Shown in pieces: positions 44,608-55,592 of a DNA stretch of 64,000 bases. The position numbers and the translations under genes are program-made. The DNA comes from Rubrivivax sp. GTDB taxonomy: Bacteria > Pseudomonadota > Gammaproteobacteria > Burkholderiales > Burkholderiaceae_C. Numbering within the stretch: the first letter of the stretch is position 1; every line of letters begins with the position of its first letter. Under the pieces are notes generated by a model. It was not told the origin of the DNA and made no database searches. It worked only from the letters and a program-made list of their open reading frames with translations. Where the stretch lies: positions 1,964 through 65,963 of the forward strand of contig BTVT01000023.1 in NCBI GenBank assembly GCA_045864135.1, read 5' to 3'.

Positions 44608-44830
44608 CGTGGAGTCTCCGGGCTCGGGTTCGGGATGGAGCACAAGCGACTTCGAGCAGCCTTGCCGCTCGGGCAACGCCCGCGAGGCCGCGTCAAGAAG
44701 TCGCATCAAGAGGTCAGGGTCAAGGGCAGCTCGCACTCTCGCCAGCGCAACCGGGCCCAGCAATGAGGCAAAACACGTAGAAGCGTCGCGTGCAGGCTGC
44801 AGCGATGCGCCTTGGTTAGAGTCGCGGCCC

Positions 44831-45277
44831 ATGTCTGCCCGGCCGCCGCTGCTGTTCGCGCTCCAGGGCCCGTGGCGGCGCGTCTTCTACGTCGCCGTCT
44901 ACGAGGCGCTGGCGATCGCCGTCGTCACCCTCGCGCTGCTGATCGGCGAGCAGGACCTGCCGACGGCCAGCGGCCTGGCCATCGGCAGCTCGGCCATCGC
45001 CATGGCCTGGAACGGGGTCTTCAACGTCTTCTTCGAGCGCTGGGAAGCGCGCCAGCCGGTGCGCGGGCGCAGCGCCAGGCGCCGCATCGCGCACGCCCTC
45101 GGCTTCGAGGGAGGCCTCACCTTCTGGCTCGTGCCCTTCATGGCCTGGTGGCTGGACGTGGGCCTGTGGCCGGCGCTGCTGTTGGACCTGGCGATGCTGC
45201 TCTTCTTCCTCGTCTACACCTTCGTCTTCACCTGGGCCTTCGACCGCCTGTTCGGGCTGCCGGCGGCCGCCGCCTGA
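44831..45277 (+). CDS. PACE-family (AceI-like) efflux protein
   Basis: RRVFYVAVYE, WNGVFNVFFERWE, RRIAHALGFEGG, YTFVFTWAFD. Confidence 0.88.
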   Translation: MSARPPLLFALQGPWRRVFYVAVYEALAIAVVTLALLIGEQDLPTASGLAIGSSAIAMAWNGVFNVFFERWEARQPVRGRSARRRIAHALGFEGGLTFWLVPFMAWWLDVGLWPALLLDLAMLLFFLVYTFVFTWAFDRLFGLPAAAA

Positions 45278-45311
45278 GGGCGACGCGGCCGCCCGTCACG
45301 CGCCACGCAGC

Positions 45312-47950
45312 TCAGGCCCGCTCGCCGACCCAGCCCGCCACCGAGGCCAGCGCCTTGGGCAGCGCGGCGGCGTCGCTGCCGCCGGCCATCGCCAGATCCG
45401 GCTTGCCGCCGCCCTTGCCGCCGACCTGGGCGGCGACGAAGTTGACGAGCTCGCCGGCCTTCACGCGGCCCATCGCGTCGGCGGTGACGCCCGCGGCGAG
45501 CTGCACCCTGCCGCCCTCGACCGCGGCGAGCACGATGGCCGCGCTCTTCAGCTTGTTCTTGAGCTGGTCCAGGGTCGTGCGCAGCGTGGCCGCGTCGGCA
45601 CCGTCCAGGCGTGCGGCGAGCACCTTCAGGCCCTTCACGTCGACCGCCTTCGCGGCAAGCTCGTCGCCCTGCGCCGAGGCCAGCCGCCCCTTGAGCGCGG
45701 TGACTTCCTTCTCGAGCGTGCGCGCGTGCTCGAGCACCGCATCGACGCGGCCGTCGACTTCGGCGGGTGCCACCTTCAGGCGTGCGGCCACGCGTTCGAG
45801 CCTGCCTTCGAGCTGCTGCAGGTAGGCCAGCGCGTTGTCGCCGGTGACCGCCTCGACGCGACGCACGCCCGCAGCGATCCCGGTCTCGGCGACGATCTTG
45901 AAGAGGCCGATGTCGCCGCTGCGCTGCACGTGCGTGCCGCCGCAGAGCTCGCGGCTCGTGCCGATGTCGAGCACGCGCACCTCGTCGCCGTACTTCTCGC
46001 CGAAGAGCATCATCGCGCCGAGCTTCTGGGCTTCTTCCAGCGGCAGCACGCGCGCCTGCGTCGCGGTGTTGGCGAGGATCTCGGCGTTGACGATGGCCTC
46101 GACCTGCGCGATCTGCGCCTCGCTCATCGGGTGGTTGTGCGCGAAGTCGAAGCGCGTGCGCTCCGGCGTCACGAGCGAACCCTTCTGCTGCACGTGGGCG
46201 CCCAGCACCTCGCGCAGCGCCTTGTGCATCAGGTGCGTGACGCTGTGGTTGCGCATGGTGCGCGCGCGCGGCTCGGCATCGACGCGGGCGACGAAGCCGT
46301 CGCCGAGCTCGACCTCGCCCTCGACGATGCGGCCCTGGTGGCCGTGCACCGCGGCCTGGATCTTCACCGTGTCCTCGACCAGCACGCGCGCGCGCGCGTT
46401 GCGCAGCTCGCCGCGGTCGCCGACCTGGCCGCCGCTCTCGGCGTAGAAGGGCGTGTGGTCGAGCACGACGACGACGTCGTCGCCGGCCTTGGCCCGGGTC
46501 ACCGCGCTGCCGTCGACGTAGATCGCCACCACCTTGCTGTGCTCGCACACCAGGTGCTCGTAGCCGTGGAAGTCGGTGTCGTCGCCGGTGTAGGAAAGCC
46601 CGGCCGCCATCTTGAACTTCGCCGCGGCGCGCGCCTGTTCGCGCTGGCGGCCCATCGCGGCGTTGAAGCTGGCCTCGTCGACGACGACGCCGCGCTCGCG
46701 GCAGACGTCGGCGGTGAGGTCCAGCGGGAAGCCGAAGGTGTCGTGCAACTTGAACGCGGTCTCGCCGTCGATCTGCTGCGCGCCCTGGGCGAGCGCCGCT
46801 TCGAGGATCTCCATGCCGTTGGCGATGGTCTGGAAGAAGCGCTCCTCCTCGACCTGCAGCACTTCGGTCACGCGCACCGCCTCGCGGCGCAGCTCGGGGT
46901 AGGCCTCGCCCATCTCGGCGGCCAGCGGCAGCACGAGTTTATGGAAGAAGGGCTTGCGCGCGCCCAGCTTGTAGCCGTGGCGGATGGCGCGGCGGGCGAT
47001 GCGGCGCAGCACGTAGCCGCGGCCCTCGTTGCCGGGGATGACGCCGTCGGTGACGGTGAAGGCGCAGGCGCGGATGTGGTCGGCGATGACCTTGAGGCTC
47101 GGCGTCTGCAGGTCCTTGACCCAGTCGGCGTCACGCGCCCCGCCGGCATCCAGCACCGCGTCGCGCGTGGCCGCGAGCAGGGTCGCGAAGAGGTCGATCT
47201 CGTAGTTGCTGTGCACATGCTGCAGCACCGCGGCCAGGCGCTCGAGGCCCATGCCGGTGTCGACACTGGGCTTGGGCAGGCGGTGCATCGTGCCGTCTTC
47301 GGTGCGGTTGAACTGCATGAAGACGTTGTTCCAGATCTCGATGTAGCGGTCGCCATCCTGCTCCGCGCTGCCCGGCGGGCCGCCCGCGACCTCGGGGCCG
47401 TGGTCGTAGAAGATCTCGCTGCACGGGCCGCAGGGGCCGGTGTCGCCCATCATCCAGAAGTTGTCGGACTGGTAGCGCCCGCCCTTGTTGTCGCCGATGC
47501 GCACGATGCGCTCGGCCGGCAGGCCGATCACCTTGTGCCAGATGTCGTAGGCCTCGTCGTCCTCCTCGTAGACGGTGGCCCACAGGCGCTCGGGCGGCAG
47601 CTTGAAGTAGACGGTCAGCAGCTCCCAGGCGTACTTCAGCGCGTCGTGCTTGAAGTAGTCGCCGAAGCTGAAGTTGCCGAGCATCTCGAAGAAGGTGTGG
47701 TGCCGCGCCGTGTAGCCCACGTTCTCGAGGTCGTTGTGCTTGCCGCCGGCGCGGATGCACTTCTGCGCCGTCGCCGCGCGCTGGTAGGGCCGCTTGTCGA
47801 AGCCGAGGAACACGTCCTTGAACTGGTTCATGCCCGCGTTGGTGAAGAGCAGCGTCGGGTCGTCGCCCGGAACGACCGGGCTGGAAGCGACGACCTGGTG
47901 CCCCTTGGAGGCGAAGTAGTTCAGGAAGGTGGAGCGGATCTCGGCGGCTT

Positions 47951-47954
<4 letters not shown>
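45312..47954 (-). CDS. alaS: Alanine--tRNA ligase
   Basis: [31 protein letters not shown], HxxxH editing motif, ELCGGTH, GGKGGG. Confidence 0.98.
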
Positions 47955-48684
<730 letters not shown>

Positions 48685-48722
48685 TTAGATCGACGCAGCG
48701 GCGGCCAGGTCCCACGGCGCGA

Positions 48723-49646
48723 TCAATCCAGCCCCGTCTGCGCCCGCCAGGCGCGCGCCTGGCCATCGAGCCAGTCGCGCAGGGCGACGAGTGCCGGATG
48801 GTGCGCCTTGGCCTCGGGGTAGATGAGGCGGTAGCTGCGGTCGCTGTAGTGCGGGCGCTCCACCAGCACGCGCAAGCGGCCCTCGCGCAGCGCCGGCTCG
48901 GCCAGCAGCTGCGGCACGAGCGCCGCGCCCTGGCCGCGGCTGGCGGCGGCGATGAGCATCGAGAACAAGTCCATGCGCGGGCCGGCGAGGTCGCCCTCGA
49001 CGTGCAGGCCCTGCGCCTCGAACCAGCCGCGCCAGGCCTGCGGGCGCGTGGCCATCTGCAGGAGCGGCAGCCGCGCGACGTCGGCGGCGCGCAGGCGCGT
49101 GCGCGAGGGCAGCCGTGCGGCCAGCAGCTCGGGGCTGGCCACCGCGACCATCGATTCGCGCATCAGGTGCAGCGAGTCGCTGCCCGGCCAGGGCGCGCCG
49201 CCGGCGTGCAGCGCGGCGTCCAGGCCGCTGTCCTCGAACAGGAAGGGCTGGATGCGCGTCGTCAGGTTGAGCGTGATGTCCGGGTGGCGCGCGTGGAAGT
49301 CGGAGAGCCGCGGCAACAGCCATTCGGTGGCGAAGGTCGGCACGACGCCGAGCTCGAGCACGCCGCGCCCGCTGCCGCTGGCCATCAGCGAGAGCGTGTC
49401 GCGCTCGATCTCGTCCAGCCGCGCGCGCACCGTGCGGCCGTAGGCTGCGCCCGCCTCGGTCAGCAGCACGCCGCGGCGGCCGCGGCGAAAGAGCTTGACG
49501 CCAACAAACGACTCGAGGCCGGCGATCTGGCGGCAGACCGCGCTCTGCGTCACCGACAGCTCCTCGGCCGCCCCGGTGTAGCTGCCGTGGCGGGCCGCGG
49601 CCTCGAAGGCTGCGAGCGCGGCGGTGGACGGGATCTTGCGGCGCAT
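48723..49646 (-). CDS. GcvA-type LysR regulator (GcdR-like by context)
   Basis: [32 protein letters not shown]; divergent from gcdH. Confidence 0.9.
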   Translation of the reverse strand: MRRKIPSTAALAAFEAAARHGSYTGAAEELSVTQSAVCRQIAGLESFVGVKLFRRGRRGVLLTEAGAAYGRTVRARLDEIERDTLSLMASGSGRGVLELGVVPTFATEWLLPRLSDFHARHPDITLNLTTRIQPFLFEDSGLDAALHAGGAPWPGSDSLHLMRESMVAVASPELLAARLPSRTRLRAADVARLPLLQMATRPQAWRGWFEAQGLHVEGDLAGPRMDLFSMLIAAASRGQGAALVPQLLAEPALREGRLRVLVERPHYSDRSYRLIYPEAKAHHPALVALRDWLDGQARAWRAQTGLD

Positions 49647-49756
49647 GCTTGGTTTCGGTGTGCGTTCTGCGAATACCAGAGTGCAAGAATAGCGGTTGTC
49701 ATGGCGCGCGGGCATGCCGAGAATCCGCGTTGATCTCAACGCAGCCGGAGCACGAC

Positions 49757-50950
49757 ATGACTTCTTCGAACAGCAAGGTGAGCTTTCACTGGGACGACGC
49801 GCTGCTGCTCGACCAGCAGCTCACCGACGACGAGCGCGCCGTGCGCGACGCCGCCCACGCCTACTGCCAGGACAAGCTGCTGCCGCGCGTGCAGCTGGCC
49901 TTCCGCGAGGAGAAGACCGACGCGACCATCTTCCGCGAGATGGGCGAGCTCGGCCTGCTGGGCGCCACCATCCCCGAGAGCTACGGCGGCGCCGGCCTGA
50001 ACTACGTCTGCTACGGCCTGATCGCGCGCGAAGTCGAGCGCGTGGATTCGGGCTACCGCTCGATGATGAGCGTGCAGAGCTCGCTGGTGATGGTGCCGAT
50101 CAACGCCTTCGGCAACGAGGCGACCAAGAAGAAATACCTGCCCAAGCTGGCCACCGGCGAGTGGATCGGCTGCTTCGGCCTGACCGAGCCCAACCACGGC
50201 TCGGACCCGGGCAGCATGATCACCCGCGCCAAGAAGGTCGACGGCGGCTACTCGATCAGCGGCACCAAGATGTGGATCACCAACAGCCCGATCGCCGACG
50301 TCTTCGTCGTCTGGGCCAAGGACGACGGCGGCCAGATCCGCGGCTTCGTGCTCGAGAAGGGCTGGAAGGGGCTCTCGGCGCCGGCCATCCACGGCAAAGT
50401 CGGCCTGCGCGCCTCGATCACCGGCGAGATCGTCATGGACGAGGTCTTCTGCCCCGAGGAGAACGCCTTCCCCGAGGTGCGCGGCCTGAAGGGCCCCTTC
50501 ACCTGCCTGAACAGCGCGCGCTACGGCATCGCCTGGGGCGCGCTGGGTGCGGCCGAGGACTGCTACCACCGTGCGCGCCAGTACGTGCTTGACCGCAAGC
50601 AGTTCGGCCGGCCGCTGGCGGCCAACCAGCTGATCCAGAAGAAGCTCGCCGACATGCTGACCGAGATCACGCTGGGCCTGCAGGGCTGCCTGCGCCTGGG
50701 CCGCATGAAGGACGAGGGCAGCGCCGCGGTCGAGATCACCTCGATCATGAAGCGCAACAGCTGCGGCAAGTCGCTGGACATCGCGCGCATGGCACGCGAC
50801 ATGATGGGCGGCAACGGCATCAGCGACGAGTTCGGCGTCGCGCGCCACCTCGTCAACCTCGAGGTCGTCAACACCTACGAGGGCACGCACGACGTGCACG
50901 CGCTCATCCTCGGCCGCGCGATCACCGGCATCGCGGCGTTCTCGAACTGA
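49757..50950 (+). CDS. gcdH: Glutaryl-CoA dehydrogenase
   Basis: [39 protein letters not shown]. Confidence 0.94.
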   Translation: MTSSNSKVSFHWDDALLLDQQLTDDERAVRDAAHAYCQDKLLPRVQLAFREEKTDATIFREMGELGLLGATIPESYGGAGLNYVCYGLIAREVERVDSGYRSMMSVQSSLVMVPINAFGNEATKKKYLPKLATGEWIGCFGLTEPNHGSDPGSMITRAKKVDGGYSISGTKMWITNSPIADVFVVWAKDDGGQIRGFVLEKGWKGLSAPAIHGKVGLRASITGEIVMDEVFCPEENAFPEVRGLKGPFTCLNSARYGIAWGALGAAEDCYHRARQYVLDRKQFGRPLAANQLIQKKLADMLTEITLGLQGCLRLGRMKDEGSAAVEITSIMKRNSCGKSLDIARMARDMMGGNGISDEFGVARHLVNLEVVNTYEGTHDVHALILGRAITGIAAFSN

Positions 50951-50954
50951 GGCC

Positions 50955-52145
50955 GTGAACGCCGGCCGCCCCGCGCCGCTGGCCGGCGTGCGCGTGCTCG
51001 ATCTCTCGCGCGTGCTCGCCGGCCCCTGGGCCACGCAGGTGCTGGCCGACTACGGCGCCGAGGTCATCAAGGTCGAACGCCCGGGCAGCGGCGACGACAC
51101 GCGTGCCTGGGGGCCGCCCTGGTGGGGCGGGGCCGACGAGCGCATGTCGGCCTACTACCTGAGCTGCAACCGCGGCAAGCGCTCGGTGGCGCTGGACATC
51201 GCCAGCCCCGAAGGCGCCGAACTCGTGCGCAGCCTCGCGCGCGAGGCCGACGTCGTCGTGGAGAACTACAAGGTCGGCCAGCTCGCCAGGTACGGGCTGG
51301 ACTACGCGAGCCTCTCGGCGATCAACCCGCGCCTGGTCTACTGCTCGATCACCGGCTACGGGCAGGACGGCCCCTACGCCCAGGCCGCGGGCTACGACTT
51401 CGCGATCCAGGCCACCGGCGGCCTGATGAGCCTCACCGGCGAGAAGGAAGGCACGCCGGGCAGCGAGCCGCAGAAGGTCGGCGTCGCGGTGGCCGACCTC
51501 TTCACCGGCCTCTACGCGACGACGGCCATCCTCGCCGCGCTGCGCCAGGCCGAGTCGAGCGGGCGCGGCTGCCACATCGACGCCGCGCTGCTCGACGTGC
51601 AGGTGGCGATGCTCGCCAACCAGGCGAGCAACCACCTGGTGGGCGGCACGACGCCCACGCGCATGGGCAACGCGCACGCCAACATCGTGCCCTACCAGGT
51701 GCTGGCCACCGCCGACGGGCACATCGTGCTCGCCGTCGGCAACGACGGCCAGTTCCAGCGCCTGTGCAAGCTCGTGGGGCACGACGAGGTCGCCACCGAC
51801 CCGCGCTTTGCCACGAACAGCGCGCGCATCGCGCACCGCGACGAGCTCATCGCCATCATCGCAACCTGGATGCGCCAGCGGACAACCCAGGCCTGGTGCG
51901 ACCTGCTGGAGCCGACTGCGGTACCCTGCGCGCCCATCCTGAACCTGCCGCAGGTCTTTGCGCATCCGCAAGTGGTGCACCGGGGCATGCAGGCGCAGCT
52001 TCCCGACGCCCGGGGCCGCGCGCTGCCGACGGTGCCCAATCCGATGCGCTTCGACGGTGTGCGTGCGATGGCGCCGCAGGCGCCGCCGACGCTGGACGAA
52101 GACGGCGCGGCGATCCGCGCGGGCCAGGGATGGAAGCCTCGCTAA
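50955..52145 (+). CDS. CaiB/BaiF family III CoA-transferase (glutarate CoA-transferase-like by context)
   Basis: DLSRVLAGPW, GDDTRAWGPP, NRGKRS, GYDF. Confidence 0.9.
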   Translation: MNAGRPAPLAGVRVLDLSRVLAGPWATQVLADYGAEVIKVERPGSGDDTRAWGPPWWGGADERMSAYYLSCNRGKRSVALDIASPEGAELVRSLAREADVVVENYKVGQLARYGLDYASLSAINPRLVYCSITGYGQDGPYAQAAGYDFAIQATGGLMSLTGEKEGTPGSEPQKVGVAVADLFTGLYATTAILAALRQAESSGRGCHIDAALLDVQVAMLANQASNHLVGGTTPTRMGNAHANIVPYQVLATADGHIVLAVGNDGQFQRLCKLVGHDEVATDPRFATNSARIAHRDELIAIIATWMRQRTTQAWCDLLEPTAVPCAPILNLPQVFAHPQVVHRGMQAQLPDARGRALPTVPNPMRFDGVRAMAPQAPPTLDEDGAAIRAGQGWKPR

Positions 52146-52177
52146 CCCCCTTGCCCCTTGCCCGCTCGACCCGCCCC

Positions 52178-53656
52178 ATGGACACCAAGACCTCGCCGCT
52201 TGCCACCCTCGCCGACCCCAGCCTGCTGAAGACCGACGCCCTGATCGGCGGCAACTGGGTCGCCGGCCCCGCGCGCTTCGAGGTGCATGACCCCGCCACC
52301 GGCCAGACGCTCGCCAGCGTGGCACGCCTGGCCGCCGCGCACGCGCACGAGGCCATCGTCGCCGCCGACAAGGCCTGGCCGGCCTGGCGCGCCAAGACCG
52401 CGAAGGAGCGCCACGCGATCCTGATGAAGTGGTTCGCGCTCCTGAACCAGCATGCCGACGACCTGGCGCGCATCATGACCGCCGAGCAGGGCAAGCCGCT
52501 GGCCGAGGCGCGCGGCGAGGTCGTCTACGGCGCGAGCTTCCTCGAGTGGTTCGCCGAGGAAGGCCGGCGCCTCTACGGCGAGACCATCCCGACCACCGAC
52601 GGCAACAAGCGCTACCTCGTCATCCGGCAGCCGATCGGCGTCTGCGCCGCGATCACGCCGTGGAACTTCCCGATCGCGATGATCACGCGCAAGGTGGCAC
52701 CCGCGCTCGCCGCGGGCTGCACCGTGGTCATCAAGCCGGCGGAGGCGACGCCGCTGTCGGCGCTGGCGGTCGCCGAACTCGCGCAGCGCGCGGGCATGCC
52801 CGCGGGCGTGCTCAACGTGCTCACCGCGGACGCCGCGGGCTCGATCGAGATCGGCAAGGTGCTGTGCGCAAGCGACGCCGTGCGCCACCTCTCCTTCACC
52901 GGCAGCACCGAGGTCGGCCGCATCCTCGCCGCGCAATGCGCACCGACGGTGAAGAAGCTGAGCCTCGAGCTCGGCGGCAATGCGCCCTTCATCGTCTTCG
53001 ACGACGCCGACCTCGACAGCGCGGTCGAGGGCGCGCTGGCCAGCAAGTACCGCAACGCCGGCCAGACCTGCGTCTGCACCAACCGCTTCTACGCGCAGGC
53101 CGGCATCTACGAGGCCTTCGTCGAGCGGCTCGCCGCACGCGCCCAGGACATCAAGGTCGGCAACGGCTTCGAGGCCGGCGTCAACCAGGGCCCGCTGATC
53201 GACAACCAGGCGGTCGCCAAGGTCGAGGCGCATGTCGCCGATGCGCTGGCCAAGGGCGCGCGCCTGGTGGCCGGCGGCAAGCGCCTGGGCGAGCGCTTCT
53301 ACGCGCCCACCGTGCTCGCCGACGTGAACTCGGAAATGCAGTGCGCGCGCGAGGAGACCTTCGGCCCGCTCGCGCCCGTGTTCCGCTTCCAGACCGAGGC
53401 CGAGGCCATCGCCGCCGCCAACGCCACCGAGTTCGGCCTCGCCAGCTACTTCTACAGCCGCGACGTGGGACGCATCTTCCGCGTCGCCGAGGCGCTGGAG
53501 TACGGCATGGTCGGCATCAACACCGGCCTCATCTCGACGGCCGAAGTGCCCTTCGGCGGCGTCAAGCAATCGGGCCTGGGGCGCGAGGGCGCGCGCCAGG
53601 GCATCGACGACTACGTCGAGCTGAAGTACCTGTGCCTGGGAGACATCCTGAAGTAG
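52178..53656 (+). CDS. gabD: NAD(P)-dependent succinate/glutarate-semialdehyde dehydrogenase
   Basis: ITPWNFP, FTGSTEVG, ELGGNAP, GQTCVC, EETFGP. Confidence 0.92.
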   Translation: MDTKTSPLATLADPSLLKTDALIGGNWVAGPARFEVHDPATGQTLASVARLAAAHAHEAIVAADKAWPAWRAKTAKERHAILMKWFALLNQHADDLARIMTAEQGKPLAEARGEVVYGASFLEWFAEEGRRLYGETIPTTDGNKRYLVIRQPIGVCAAITPWNFPIAMITRKVAPALAAGCTVVIKPAEATPLSALAVAELAQRAGMPAGVLNVLTADAAGSIEIGKVLCASDAVRHLSFTGSTEVGRILAAQCAPTVKKLSLELGGNAPFIVFDDADLDSAVEGALASKYRNAGQTCVCTNRFYAQAGIYEAFVERLAARAQDIKVGNGFEAGVNQGPLIDNQAVAKVEAHVADALAKGARLVAGGKRLGERFYAPTVLADVNSEMQCAREETFGPLAPVFRFQTEAEAIAAANATEFGLASYFYSRDVGRIFRVAEALEYGMVGINTGLISTAEVPFGGVKQSGLGREGARQGIDDYVELKYLCLGDILK

Positions 53657-53659
53657 GCC

Positions 53660-53695
53660 TTGCGCGGCGGGTTGTGCGGCGGGTTGCGCGGCGCG
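53660..53695 (+). repeat. 12-nt tandem repeat TTGYGCGGCGGG x3
   Basis: ttgcgcggcggg ttgtgcggcggg ttgcgcggcgcg between convergent stop codons. Confidence 0.7.
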
Positions 53696-53699
53696 AGGC

Positions 53700-54620
53700 T
53701 CACTCTTCGTCGTTGGCGGCGGCCAGTTGCCCTCGCGGCGGCAGGCGCTCGATCGCTTCGGCGGCGTCCGCGCCCAGCGTGGCCATCTGCGCCGCCTGGG
53801 CGAGGGCGCGGCGCAGCAGGTCCTCGGCGTGTTCGCCGTGCTCGGGGAAGGAGGCCAGACCCATGCGCACGCCGACGCGGCGCTCGCGCCCGGTGATCGA
53901 GAAGGGTTGCGTGAGCGCCTGCGCGAGCTTGCTCGCCACGCGCTGCCCGGCGTCCGCCGCGTCCAGCCAGGCCAGCAGCACGGCGAAGGTGTCCGCGCCG
54001 AGCGAGGCGACGACGTCGCTGGCGCGCAGGCCCGAGCGCAGGCGCACCGCGACCTTGCGCTTGAGCACGTTGGCGGCTTCCACCCCCAGCGCCGCCTCGG
54101 TCGCCGCCAGGCCCTCGATGCGCAGCACCACCAGCGCCATCGGCGCCGGCTCGCGCGCGCGCAGCGCGACCAGGTGCGTCATGTGCTCGAGCAGCTGCGT
54201 GGGGTTGGGAAGCCCGGTGGCGAGGTCCGTCGCGTAGGCCTTGCGCGCGGCGGCCTCGAGCCGCTTGCGCTCGACCGCCAGGCGCAGCGCGCGCGCGAGG
54301 TTGGCGGTGTCGGTCGGCGGCAGCACGTCCTGCACGCCGGCCTGGATCAGCGCCAGCGTCTGCGCCACCCCGGGCTCGGGGGCAATCGCCACCACGGCGA
54401 GATCCAGCCCGGCCTGCGCCAGCGGCGGCCACTCGGCCAGCGCCGCCAGCGCACCGGGCTCGCACGCATCGACGAGCAGCGCGTCCAGCCCGCGCGTCTG
54501 CAGGCTTGCCGCGGCCTCGGCAAGCGTCGGCGCGTGATGCACGACGAAGGGGCCGAAGGACGAATCCCACAGGTCCACCGGCCGGGCCGAGACGCAGAGG
54601 AGGTGGATCGGGGCAGTCAT
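53700..54620 (-). CDS. Receiver-like domain plus degenerate GGDEF domain protein
   Basis: GVQDVL...LARALRLAVER linker, TDLATGLPN, RASD-VVASL-GADTF. Confidence 0.82.
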   Translation of the reverse strand: MTAPIHLLCVSARPVDLWDSSFGPFVVHHAPTLAEAAASLQTRGLDALLVDACEPGALAALAEWPPLAQAGLDLAVVAIAPEPGVAQTLALIQAGVQDVLPPTDTANLARALRLAVERKRLEAAARKAYATDLATGLPNPTQLLEHMTHLVALRAREPAPMALVVLRIEGLAATEAALGVEAANVLKRKVAVRLRSGLRASDVVASLGADTFAVLLAWLDAADAGQRVASKLAQALTQPFSITGRERRVGVRMGLASFPEHGEHAEDLLRRALAQAAQMATLGADAAEAIERLPPRGQLAAANDEE

Positions 54621-54710
54621 GACCGAAGCGAGCAGACGAAGCTCGCAGGGTAGTGCCCGAGCGCGCACCGCGCGAGGGGGAAAGCCCGGTCAGCGGCGCG
54701 GCGGGAAAGC

Positions 54711-54784
54711 TGGAGCGGGCGAAGGGAATCGAACCCTCGTATGAAGCTTGGGAAGCTGCCGTTCTGCCATTGAACTACGCCCGC
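54711..54784 (-). tRNA. tRNA-Gly (CCC)
   Basis: GCGGGCG/CGCCCGC acceptor stem, CTTCCCAAG anticodon loop, GGTTCGATTCC T-loop, encoded CCA. Confidence 0.97.
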
Positions 54785-54942
54785 AGCGCGCCCTGGAAGG
54801 GCACCCGCGGAGGATACATCAGCGCAGGCGACTCCAGCCACTCTCGGTCGCCCTCTCCTCCTTCGACCCCGGCCCGTGGCATCGCCGCTGCCTTGACCCG
54901 CACCAAGTCCGCCAGGCCGGGGGCAGGCTAGAGTGCCCGCCG

Positions 54943-55353
54943 ATGACACGCGTGGCAGGGCTGGTGAATCGGCGCAAGTGGGCATCGGCCTTGCCGGTGC
55001 TGCTGGCGCTGCTGGCGCAGCTGCTGCTGGTCCAGTTCGACAGCTGGCACCACGCGCGCATGCTCGCGCAGGGGCCGTGGTCGACGCAGGTGTGCCGCAG
55101 CTCGGTGGCGACCGATGTCTTCGCCCGCGCGGAGTCAAGCACCAGCCTCACCGATCAGGCACCGGGCGGCACGGGGCACGGCCCGACCTGCTGCTCGCTC
55201 GCCGGGCTGGCCACGCCGCTGCCAGCCGACGTCGCCGGCCACGCCATCGGCCCCGCCACGGGCTCGGAACGGCCGCTCCCGTCGACCCGCCAGCCGCGGG
55301 CCGAGACCCCGTCGCGGGTCACCGCGGCGCGGGGTCCGCCCACGCGCGCCTGA
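54943..55353 (+). CDS. DUF2946-like leader protein (CruR/CutF-like)
   Basis: N-terminal TM segment, xVCxS, HGPTCC, Pro-rich spacer, C-terminal ARGPP; sits upstream of a TonB receptor. Confidence 0.72.
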   Translation: MTRVAGLVNRRKWASALPVLLALLAQLLLVQFDSWHHARMLAQGPWSTQVCRSSVATDVFARAESSTSLTDQAPGGTGHGPTCCSLAGLATPLPADVAGHAIGPATGSERPLPSTRQPRAETPSRVTAARGPPTRA

Positions 55354-55592
55354 GGCCCCACCTCCCCTGCCCGGCAGACGCTGACCCGGCGCCAGCCGGA
55401 GGGGAGGCGTACGGCTGCCGATCCCCCTCCGAAGCACGCGCGCCCCGGGAGTCCGTCCCCGGGCGGATGCGTGCGCCGACTCTCCCCTGCTGCCCGAGCC
55501 GCGCTGGCCGCGGCCCTTGCGCCGCGCCTGTGTCGCGCCCGTACCGCGCCTGCCTCGCGCTCGTGCAGCACCGATCCGAATCCGAATCCCTC

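Noticed and set aside
44608-44830. LDPDLL-containing frame upstream of the Bug gene (possible LysR remnant divergent from the PACE gene)
   Set aside because: The residues after LDPDLL do not follow the LysR HTH pattern; likely chance.
49727-49742. GCGTTGA-tc-TCAACGC dyad before gcdH as an FNR site
   Set aside because: Spacing and half-sites do not fit TTGAT-N4-ATCAA; probably a small UTR hairpin.
54711-54784. tRNA-Gly as an island integration site
   Set aside because: No integrase nearby, and I saw no duplicated tRNA 3' end elsewhere in the window.
54785-55592. Cobalamin or other metabolite riboswitch upstream of the TonB receptor
   Set aside because: No B12-box or other recognisable aptamer consensus; a leader-peptide model fits better.
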